Positions 16,616 through 24,164 of a stretch of 28,644 bases of DNA are shown piece by piece. Every line of letters begins with the position of its first letter. Position 1 is the stretch's first letter. This stretch comes from an uncultured Desulfobacteraceae bacterium (GTDB taxonomy: Bacteria > Desulfobacterota > DSM-4660 > Desulfatiglandales > HGW-15). Where the stretch lies: NCBI GenBank assembly GCA_964441135.1, contig CAYTUL010000001.1, positions 1-28,644 on the forward strand, read 5' to 3'. Under the pieces are notes generated by a model. That model was not told the origin of the DNA. It ran no database searches and was given only the letters and a program-made list of their open reading frames with translations. A program made the translations under genes and the position numbers.

Positions 16616-16844
16616 TGGAATGATGGAATAGTGGAACAATGGAATAATGGTTAAAAACGAATGACTTTTGTATTTGGATGCGATGTTCCTGTACGCCGCC
16701 TGCGCATTGTAAATCGGGATTTTCTTCAAGGGGGTCGATTGAAAATCCAATATTCCATTATTCCAGCATTCCATTATTCCGACTGCGGAGCGACCTGTCC
16801 TCCGCAGTGACTTTGCTGCGGTGGGTGGAAGCGGAGCTGAATTC
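16616..16844. repeat. Composite repeat: inverted octamer arrays plus GC-rich hairpin tail
   Basis: TGGAATGA TGGAATAG TGGAACAA TGGAATAA TGG at 16616-16650 and CCAATATT CCATTATT CCAGCATT CCATTATT CC at 16747-16780. Hairpin ACTGCGGAG...CTCCGCAGT at 16782-16808. Confidence 0.85.
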
Positions 16845-17834
16845 TAAAACCCGAAGGGTTTCCTTGTCGTCGTAAAATAGGGTCTGTCCCGGGTTAAGAT
16901 GAACCAGGTTTTCGAACATACCTTCTCTGTCCATTTCCCTTCTGGTATCCAGGGGTGGGAGGTATACGGGTTCATCGCCGAGTCTGAAAGCTCCCGAGTG
17001 CACAACCATGATGTGCCTCGCCCCTAACTCGCGGAAGGCCTTGACGGTCTCCGCCGGGTTCATATGGGAATCCGCCATAAACCAGCGGGGTTCATAGGCC
17101 CCGAGGTTGAAGATGGCAAGGTTGATGGGAAACTCCTCACCTAATTCCCTGAATCGATCGAAATAGGCGGTATCTCCTGCGATATATATATTCACTCCGC
17201 TCCGGGTCCTGAGGAAAAAAGAACCCCATAAGGAGGTATTGGGCCCGATTAGGGGGTTTCTCATGGTCCAGTGGTTACATGGGAGGCATATGGTCTCACA
17301 CCCATTCACAGAATGGGATTCGAACCAGTCAAGCTGAACGTGCCGATTCATTTTAAGCTTATTAAACTGCTCCCTGTATCCTAGGGGGGTGATCACACGG
17401 GTCTCCCGATCAAAAAGGGCCAGAGTCCCCATATGAAGATGGTCATAGTGCCCGTGGGTGACAAGAATAGAATCTGGCGAGGGCATCTCGCTGATATCAA
17501 AGTTCAACGGACTGAAATCTGTGAACGGAAAGAACCCCTTGAATACGGGATCAATCAGAAAAAATTGATCATCGTCTTTGACCATGAGGGAGGAGTGTTT
17601 AATGAATGTGACGGCACATCCCCCGTGTTCCCGAACGGGCCGCCAGTCGATGTTTACGGGTATAATACGCTCCTGATCGTATTGATCCCGGAATCGGTTT
17701 TTTTTGAAGAGTTTCCACTTTAAAAGGGCCCAGAAGCTTTTGTATCCTGAGGGATTGAAAGGGTTGAGAAAACGGCCCTTACCGTGATGTATCCTTCGGT
17801 CAACCAATTCCCGTAGGGTGAGTCTATTCAACAT
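16758..17834 (-). CDS. Metallo-beta-lactamase-fold hydrolase (NAPE-PLD/RomA-like)
   Basis: IDPVF, THGHYDHL (HxHxDH), HW...LWGSF, AGDTAY, LGAYEPRWFM..HMNP. Start likely ATG 17834, overlapping the rlmB end. Confidence 0.9.
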   Translation of the reverse strand: MLNRLTLRELVDRRIHHGKGRFLNPFNPSGYKSFWALLKWKLFKKNRFRDQYDQERIIPVNIDWRPVREHGGCAVTFIKHSSLMVKDDDQFFLIDPVFKGFFPFTDFSPLNFDISEMPSPDSILVTHGHYDHLHMGTLALFDRETRVITPLGYREQFNKLKMNRHVQLDWFESHSVNGCETICLPCNHWTMRNPLIGPNTSLWGSFFLRTRSGVNIYIAGDTAYFDRFRELGEEFPINLAIFNLGAYEPRWFMADSHMNPAETVKAFRELGARHIMVVHSGAFRLGDEPVYLPPLDTRREMDREGMFENLVHLNPGQTLFYDDKETLRVLEFSSASTHRSKVTAEDRSLRSRNNGMLE

Positions 17835-18585
17835 TTCGCTGCCGAGAAATTTCGGATAAAAGGACGCCACAGGCCACGGAGACATTCAAAGCAGCCATAT
17901 TCCCTGCCGAGGGTATACGAACCAACTGGTGGCAAAGCCTTTTTATACCCTTGCTAAGACCCTTGTCTTCACTTCCAAGGACCAAAACAATATCTCTTTT
18001 CCAGTCGAACCGAAATACATTTTCATCGCCTTCAACAGCGGCGCCTATTATCCAGTATCCCTTCTCATTCAAGATGTTCAAGGCTCTTCCGAGATTTACG
18101 ACCCTCGCGACAGGCAGATGAACATAGGCACCCGCGGATCTTTTCGTGACAGTCCGAGTGATCCTGGCGGCTCGGTCTCTTGGAATAATGAGTCCATGGG
18201 CACCGAAGAAAACACATGTCCGAATAATGGCTCCCAGGTTTCCCTCATCCGTAATATGATCGGCGGCCACAAGCAAGCCAAGGGTATTATTCCCTTTAGA
18301 AATATGAACAAGATCCATGAGATCTTTGTAAAAAAAATCTCGAGTCAACGCCAGGATATTCTGGTGTGGAATTCCGGGAAGGAGATGATCCAGGACAAGT
18401 CTTTTTTTAAAAAAGACTGGAATGCCGTTTTTTTCGGCACTAGCGAGGATCTCTTTGACCCGGGACGAGGTCTTATCCCGGCTGATCCATATCTCTTCGA
18501 TTTTGATATGGTCACTGGCCATGGCCTCTGAGACACCATGGAATCCGGGAATAAAATGAATGTGTTTTTCGTTGCCTGGTTCTAT
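17824..18585 (-). CDS. rlmB: 23S rRNA Gm2251 methyltransferase RlmB (TrmH/SPOUT); probable ATA start at 18585
   Basis: DHITDEGNLGAIIRT, KRSAGA, LVLGSEDKG, ALNVSVA SPOUT motifs. The in-frame upstream GFHGVSEAM matches the RlmB N-terminal motif and lies before the ORF-track ATG 18522. TAAGGAG sits 7 nt before ATA 18585. Confidence 0.88.
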   Translation of the reverse strand: MEPGNEKHIHFIPGFHGVSEAMASDHIKIEEIWISRDKTSSRVKEILASAEKNGIPVFFKKRLVLDHLLPGIPHQNILALTRDFFYKDLMDLVHISKGNNTLGLLVAADHITDEGNLGAIIRTCVFFGAHGLIIPRDRAARITRTVTKRSAGAYVHLPVARVVNLGRALNILNEKGYWIIGAAVEGDENVFRFDWKRDIVLVLGSEDKGLSKGIKRLCHQLVRIPSAGNMAALNVSVACGVLLSEISRQRNVE

Positions 18586-18756
18586 GGACTGACTCCTTAA
18601 TCGACCCTTTCGGTAACCATTTAGCCTCTTGAAAAGATGGTTAAAACAAAGGGGGCTCGGGGATCTCTTGGACGGGGCGAAATTGATTTAATATTAAAAA
18701 ATCCGGTCTTTTAGGCCGGGTTAGGATTATCCGGCTGTGCCTGAGGATGGATATCC

Positions 18757-18938
18757 GGTATGATATTTCTTTTCAAGGAGATATCTACCTGCTTTGCAGC
18801 AGATGACAAAATATTTGGGGTTTGCAAGGTAAAATACTTAGTCTCCATGGGTTATGACGCATAAACCCCAAATATTTGGTCATGGCAATGCCCAATGTAA
18901 TTTTAAAAAGATATCTCCATGAAAAGAAACATCATACC
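18757..18938. repeat. 182-nt long imperfect inverted repeat (30-bp outer stem, 20-bp inner stem); candidate ncRNA or MITE
   Basis: 18757-18786 pairs with 18909-18938 (28/30). 18803-18823 pairs with 18863-18882 (1 mismatch, 1 bulge). Confidence 0.85.
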
Positions 18939-18974
18939 TACTTTCCCCATAATACCCCTTTGGGATTGAATCAA

Positions 18975-19003
18975 GACCACGTCCTTTGGGCGTGGATTCT
19001 TTA
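18975..19003. repeat. Hairpin repeat GACCACGTCCTTTGGGCGTGGATTCTTTA; uninterrupted copy of the site split by the MITE at 15909-16104
   Basis: 28/29 identical to 15909-15921 joined to 16089-16104. The hairpin with T-rich tail resembles IS200/IS605-type end or REP palindromes. Confidence 0.85.
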
Positions 19004-19034
19004 CTCAGTGAGCCTTGATTTACATATTTCACAA

Positions 19035-19643
19035 TTACAGATTAAACATTTCTTTGACCCTGGGAAAGGCCCTGAGATTTCGGCAACGTTCGGAGATAAT
19101 AATGGATTCCGCCTCCCTGAGGGCCCGTTCAAGATCGTCGTTTATGATGAGATAATCATACCATTGACAGTCCCTCACCTCTCTCCCGGCCTCTTTCATT
19201 CTCCTGACTAACACATCATCAGTGTCCGCAGCCCTTGCTCGTAATCTTTTTTCGAGGATTTCGAGTGTAGGAGGAAGTATATAGATTAGGGTGCTTTCCT
19301 TGAAAGTCTTTCTTATGTTTTTTGCACCCTGGCTGTCCAGGTCAAGCATTACGTCGAGGCCTTTATCAATCTGATCTCTCAGGGAGGAAAAGGAGGTGCC
19401 GTAAAGATCGCTATAGACCGCCGCCCATTCCACGAAGCCATCTTTCTCCACCATTCTGCAAAAGGTGTCTCTGTCAATAAAGTGATAGTCGACACCGGAA
19501 ACCTCATTACTTCTCGGCAATCGAGTGGTGTGAGAGACGGAGTATCCTATGCCCTCGATCCTCTCCCGCAGCTTCCTGATAACAGTAGATTTCCCGACAC
19601 CTGAAGGGCCGGAGAACACGTAGATCTGACCGCGCGTTGTCAC
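19035..19643 (-). CDS. gmk: Guanylate kinase
   Basis: [10 protein letters not shown]-loop, [42 protein letters not shown]; GTGA overlap with remA. Confidence 0.97.
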   Translation of the reverse strand: MTTRGQIYVFSGPSGVGKSTVIRKLRERIEGIGYSVSHTTRLPRSNEVSGVDYHFIDRDTFCRMVEKDGFVEWAAVYSDLYGTSFSSLRDQIDKGLDVMLDLDSQGAKNIRKTFKESTLIYILPPTLEILEKRLRARAADTDDVLVRRMKEAGREVRDCQWYDYLIINDDLERALREAESIIISERCRNLRAFPRVKEMFNL

Positions 19644-19912
19644 TCCTCGATCTCTTCCTTGGTTAAAATGATGTCAGGGCTGAACCTCATGGCAATGGTC
19701 TCCGACTGAATGGCGGATAAGATAACATGATTGCTGTCCGTAATAATTACCGATCTTGTCTTTCTGCCCTGTGTCGCGTCTATGAGTCTTTTATCCTGCC
19801 TTGCTTCATCCCGTAATCGTTTGATGGGCGCCGCGTTTGGAGAGATGATTGCAACGACACGTCTTGAAACGACCGAATTCCCGAAGCCGACATTGACAAG
19901 TTTGTGGCTCAT
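19640..19912 (-). CDS. remA: RemA/DUF370 family protein
   Basis: [28 protein letters not shown]...[31 protein letters not shown]; conserved yicC-remA-gmk order; start ATG 19912 after AAGGAG. Confidence 0.92.
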   Translation of the reverse strand: MSHKLVNVGFGNSVVSRRVVAIISPNAAPIKRLRDEARQDKRLIDATQGRKTRSVIITDSNHVILSAIQSETIAMRFSPDIILTKEEIEE

Positions 19913-19926
19913 AAATGAATCTCCTT

Positions 19927-20808
19927 TCATTCAACGTTTTGAACCTGTTCTTTCAACTTTTCCAATTCCGCCTTGACTTCAACCACGATCGCGGAAATGG
20001 CCGCGTCAGCGGCCTTGGCGCTCATGGTATTGATCTCCCTATTGATCTCCTGGATTAGAAAATCCAGCCTTCTCCCCACGGAATCGTCCCTCGACAGATA
20101 ATCGCGAAATTGACCCAGATGACTTCTGCTCCGGACAATTTCTTCGGTTATATCGCATCTGCCGCCGAAGATAGCCACCTCCTGAGCAAGACGAACTTCG
20201 TCCACTTCCATGTCCTCTGATATTTGATCAATCCTGTCCTTTAGCCTTACTCTATATTCATCCACCACGATAGGGGATCTTTCCTCTATGCGATCAAGGT
20301 AGCCTTCGATCAGGGACAGCCTCTTTAAAAAATCCTCTTCAATGGCCTGTCCTTCACGGACCTTCATCATATCGAGGGAATCGAGGGCGTGGCCCATGAC
20401 TTCCCGAATGCCGTATCGTGCTTCTTCGAGATCGGTCTCCAAAGGTTTCATGATAATTGCGTCCTTAATCTGAAGAAGATAGTCGGGAGTTAGCTTCCCA
20501 TCCAGGTCAAATTCGTCACTCAACTGCTTGTATATCTCCAGGTATGATTTAATCAGCGGCGAGTTCAGCTCGAGCCCGTAGGCAATCTCCTCATCCTTTT
20601 TATTTACCTGGAGGGAGACCTCCACCCGGCCTCTTTTTATCCTGGAATAGACCAGGGATCTGATCTCATCTTCGAGGCCCTGGAAGGCATTGGGTAGCCG
20701 GAGAATGATGTCCCTGTATCGATTATTCAAGGATTTGATTTCAGCTACATACAGGGAGATTTTATGCTCATATTCACCGCGCCCATAGGCGGTCATGCTT
20801 TTGATCAA
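19927..20808 (-). CDS. yicC: YicC/YloC family endoribonuclease
   Basis: [58 protein letters not shown]. Confidence 0.96.
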   Translation of the reverse strand: MIKSMTAYGRGEYEHKISLYVAEIKSLNNRYRDIILRLPNAFQGLEDEIRSLVYSRIKRGRVEVSLQVNKKDEEIAYGLELNSPLIKSYLEIYKQLSDEFDLDGKLTPDYLLQIKDAIIMKPLETDLEEARYGIREVMGHALDSLDMMKVREGQAIEEDFLKRLSLIEGYLDRIEERSPIVVDEYRVRLKDRIDQISEDMEVDEVRLAQEVAIFGGRCDITEEIVRSRSHLGQFRDYLSRDDSVGRRLDFLIQEINREINTMSAKAADAAISAIVVEVKAELEKLKEQVQNVE

Positions 20809-20835
20809 TGGAATTCCTTTCTTTTATTAAAGTTT

Positions 20836-21366
20836 TCATTCCGACCTCCGTAACTGTTTTTTATAGTTTTCCCGCACTTGATTAAAAAAATCAATAACGG
20901 GCGGATCCGCGTAATCCCTGTAGGTCCATTCGAGGGGCCTGAAACGACCCCCTTTATAAACAAGGGTGAGATCGGCATAGATACCCCCGGAAAGATATAT
21001 CCTGTGGGTATAATTTTTGCCCGTAACCAATATCAGCCTTTCGAGACAGACATAACCCGGGTCAATATTAACAAGGCGTTTGCCATCCTGGAGATATTCC
21101 CTTTCCAGTTCGTTCGTATTCCTTTTTACGTCCACGATGGATTCCGGTCTTATGAGGTTTCTGAAGGATATAAAGCGGCGGTGCAGGGGCCAGCCCATCT
21201 CCTTGGCGTAATACCTGGTGCGATCAAAAAGGAGCAATGGACTTATCCAGTCCGTTGGTCCATAGATATTTTCCAATTCAATGATTAATCTGTCAATCAG
21301 TTGTTTCCCGGATGAGAATATACTGGAGATCAGTTTTACGTCATCTGCTTCACCAGGAGTGCTCAT
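20836..21366 (-). CDS. DUF4416 family protein
   Basis: YYAKEMG, RLVNIDPGY, TGKNYTHRIYL..GIYADLTL.Y, WTYRDY motifs; upstream of yicC. Confidence 0.85.
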   Translation of the reverse strand: MSTPGEADDVKLISSIFSSGKQLIDRLIIELENIYGPTDWISPLLLFDRTRYYAKEMGWPLHRRFISFRNLIRPESIVDVKRNTNELEREYLQDGKRLVNIDPGYVCLERLILVTGKNYTHRIYLSGGIYADLTLVYKGGRFRPLEWTYRDYADPPVIDFFNQVRENYKKQLRRSE

Positions 21367-21498
21367 TGGAAGGACTCCAATATGTCACGAAACATACATT
21401 AGGGCTCTCCAGGATGTCCGAAGGCCTGAAAGCGGGGTTTTCCCCTGTTTAACGGATTATCGGGTCGCTCGGGCGATCCTGAATAATGAAATCCTGCC

Positions 21499-22509
21499 TC
21501 AAAATCGGTGATTGTTGATGGCATTTGTCAGTTCCTTGGCAGTCACCACAGAGGTGCCTATTTCACCAACGACGATGCCGGCAGCAAAATTGGATATAAG
21601 GGCGGAAGACTTGAGGTCCATACCCGATGCCAGGCCCAGGCAAAGAGTGCTTATAACCGTATCGCCGGCACCGGAGACATCAAAGACCCTTCTGGCGATG
21701 GTGGGGATATGGCAGGGCTCTTCACTTTTTTCAAAGAGTGTCATGCCGTCCTTTCCCTGGGTAATAAGGACGGAACGGCAACCAAGATCCTTGAGAATTT
21801 GCCCGCCGGCCCGTAGCAGGGTCTCTTCATCAGATATCTCGAATCCGCAAAAGGCGCCGGCTTCATGGTGGTTGGGAGTAATGACGTCCATTCCATGGTA
21901 GTATTTAAAATTGTCTATCTTGGGGTCAACGGCGAGGATAATATTCATATCAAAAGTCGATTTCCTGAGACTCCTCATCAATGAGGAAGATACGATGCCC
22001 TTGCCGTAATCGGCCACTATGATCGCATCAACATCATGGATCATCGTCTTCATGTAATCGAACAATTTTTTTGTGCTTACAGAATCTATCGGCGCCCGGC
22101 TCTCACGATCAAAGCGAACTACCTGCTGGCTGCGGGCTACGACCCTCGTCTTTATGCTTGTTTGCCTTGCCGGGTCTATCAGGAGTCCCCCTATCGGTAA
22201 CCCCATATTTTTTACAGTCTCAATGATCTCTCTACCGTTGACGTCATCACCAATTACACCACAGAGGACAGGTTGTCCGCCAAGGGAATAAATATTATTA
22301 ACGACATTGGCCGCACCCCCAAGGCTCTTTGTTTCCTGTAGGATTTCCACAACAGGGACAGGGGCCTCCGGTGAAATACGTGAAACATCGCCCCATATGT
22401 ATTCGTCAAGGATTATATCGCCAATGACTAAGACTTTTGTTTCAGGAAATCTCTTTATATGACTCTTTATCTCATTTTTTTTAATTTTAAAATCCAGCTC
22501 TTGTAACAT
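21499..22509 (-). CDS. rfaE1: D-glycero-beta-D-manno-heptose-7-phosphate kinase (stand-alone RfaE/HldE domain I)
   Basis: VLVIGDIILDEYIWGDVSRISPEAPVPVV, GGAANV, ITPNHHEA, VFDVSGAGDTV; no cytidylyltransferase domain fused. Confidence 0.95.
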   Translation of the reverse strand: MLQELDFKIKKNEIKSHIKRFPETKVLVIGDIILDEYIWGDVSRISPEAPVPVVEILQETKSLGGAANVVNNIYSLGGQPVLCGVIGDDVNGREIIETVKNMGLPIGGLLIDPARQTSIKTRVVARSQQVVRFDRESRAPIDSVSTKKLFDYMKTMIHDVDAIIVADYGKGIVSSSLMRSLRKSTFDMNIILAVDPKIDNFKYYHGMDVITPNHHEAGAFCGFEISDEETLLRAGGQILKDLGCRSVLITQGKDGMTLFEKSEEPCHIPTIARRVFDVSGAGDTVISTLCLGLASGMDLKSSALISNFAAGIVVGEIGTSVVTAKELTNAINNHRF

Positions 22510-22805
22510 ATCCCTATTTCCATGAACCTTGAAACGGCCTGTTTATCAAAAAAGGCCGGATTAATCTAAATAAAACAGGTTATCACCACGTTAACGGGTT
22601 GTCCACTTAAATCAATCTCACGAGTCAATTGAAAGAGAATGTCTAATGAAAGTCAATAGTCAATAGGCGATTAGCCGGAATATCAATATAAATCCCCTAA
22701 TTCATTGATATTGACATATCGAAGCCTGTAATCTAATAAAGGAACTAAATTCAGAAGTCCTATAAACATCCATTATCAGATAAGGTTATTAAAAGGAATA
22801 AGAAG

Positions 22806-24164
22806 GTGAAAATAATCATAGTCGGTGCCGGTGAGGTAGGTTTCCACGCTGCACAGAAATTATCTGAAGAAAATCAGGATGTCATTCTTATTGATAAGGA
22901 TCCGGAAAAGATAAAACGTATCACCGAAAATCTGGATGTCCAGGCCATCCTTGGATCAGGGACAAGCCCCGGGACCTTGAAAGCTTCCGGCATCATGGAG
23001 GCCGACATGCTGGTCGCTGCCACGGATAGTGACGAGGCGAACCTGATTGCCTGTCTCCTGGCCCGCAACATGAATAAATACATCCTCAAGATGGCCCGGG
23101 TCCGGAATCCGGAATATCTCCAGGAAAAGGAACTTTTCGGCAGGGATCTCCTCGGTGTCGACCAGATTATCAATCCTGAGTCCGCCATGGTTGAAACGAT
23201 TCTCAACCTCATGATGGTACCGGGCGCCTCGGATGTCATTAACTTCGTGGATGGAAGGATCAAGCTCATAGGATTTACCGTCAGGTCCGATTCGCCCCTG
23301 GCAGGCCGCCAGCTCCTCACCCTGAACGATCTGGAAAAGGGCCTTCTGATAGGCGCTATCATTCGCGGAGAAAAGGTCCTTATCCCAGGGGGCGAGGATA
23401 TGATACAGGCCGATGACCTGGTATATTTTGTAATAAGATCGGACGAGCTGAACAGTATTTTCAATTTCATCGGTATCAAGGAAGAAGAACTCCGTCGAGT
23501 CATCATCATCGGTGCGGGAGAGACCGGTACGGCCCTGGCGAATGCCCTGGATGACACAAAACTCCATGTCAAGGTCATTGAGAGGGAAAGCCGAAGGTGC
23601 AGTAGCCTTGCCGAACAGCTAAAGAGGGTGATTGTCATAAACGGTGACGGGACGGATAAAGATCTACTTCAGGAAGAAAACGTTGGTGAAATGGACTTTA
23701 TGGTGGCCCTTACAGGGGATGAAGAGAATAATGTGCTTATATCGCTGCTCGCAAAGGAATTGGGTGTGAAAAAGACGATAACCCGAATTGGCAAGTTGAG
23801 CTATATCCCGCTCGTATCGGCCATAGGCATCGATACCGTTGTGAGTCCAAGGCTGTCTGCCGTGAGGGCTATCCTCCAGTACATTAGGCGGGGTAAGATT
23901 ATCTCCGTTGCTCCCCTGAAGGGAGAACATGCCGAGGCCATTGAGGCCGAGGCCTTAGAGACATCCGATATCGTGGACACCCCCATAGCCCGCATTAAAT
24001 TTCCCAGGGGATCCCTTGTAGGGGCCATTGTACGTGGGGACGAAATAATCATTCCGAGGGGCCAGACCTTGATCAAGGGCAAGGATCGTCTTATCATCTT
24101 TGCCCTTCGAACGGTTATCCCCCGGTTGGAAAAGCTCCTTACAGTAAAACTGGATTATTTCTGA
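22806..24164 (+). CDS. trkA: Trk system potassium uptake regulatory subunit TrkA (two RCK units)
   Basis: MKIIIVGAGEVG and VIIIGAGETG Rossmann motifs, two RCK_C domains, 452 aa. Confidence 0.97.
   Translation: MKIIIVGAGEVGFHAAQKLSEENQDVILIDKDPEKIKRITENLDVQAILGSGTSPGTLKASGIMEADMLVAATDSDEANLIACLLARNMNKYILKMARVRNPEYLQEKELFGRDLLGVDQIINPESAMVETILNLMMVPGASDVINFVDGRIKLIGFTVRSDSPLAGRQLLTLNDLEKGLLIGAIIRGEKVLIPGGEDMIQADDLVYFVIRSDELNSIFNFIGIKEEELRRVIIIGAGETGTALANALDDTKLHVKVIERESRRCSSLAEQLKRVIVINGDGTDKDLLQEENVGEMDFMVALTGDEENNVLISLLAKELGVKKTITRIGKLSYIPLVSAIGIDTVVSPRLSAVRAILQYIRRGKIISVAPLKGEHAEAIEAEALETSDIVDTPIARIKFPRGSLVGAIVRGDEIIIPRGQTLIKGKDRLIIFALRTVIPRLEKLLTVKLDYF

Noticed and set aside
16616-16780. 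Octamer arrays as a CRISPR array
   Set aside because: The units are 8-bp tandem repeats without spacers, and no cas genes are present.
18760-18864. 34-aa plus-strand ORF (MIFLFKEIST...) and 10-14 aa minus-strand ORFs in the long inverted repeat as a type I toxin
   Set aside because: No well-placed RBS and no hydrophobic TM-like sequence.
18807-18878. CAAAATATTTGG / CCAAATATTTGG pair as NrdR boxes
   Set aside because: Several mismatches to the NrdR consensus, 60-bp spacing, no nrd gene adjacent; explained by the inner arms of the inverted repeat.
22579-22607. TTATCACCA and TTGTCCACT as DnaA boxes of an origin
   Set aside because: Each is only 7/9, there is no box cluster, and no dnaA context is present.
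22874-23638. Long antisense ORFs (254 aa and 203 aa on trkA, 200 aa on rlmB at 17929-18531, 157 aa on fliF, and many shorter ones)
   Set aside because: Shadow frames of well-supported genes, with no RBS or domain signal and the Ser/Ile/Arg-rich composition typical of antisense frames.
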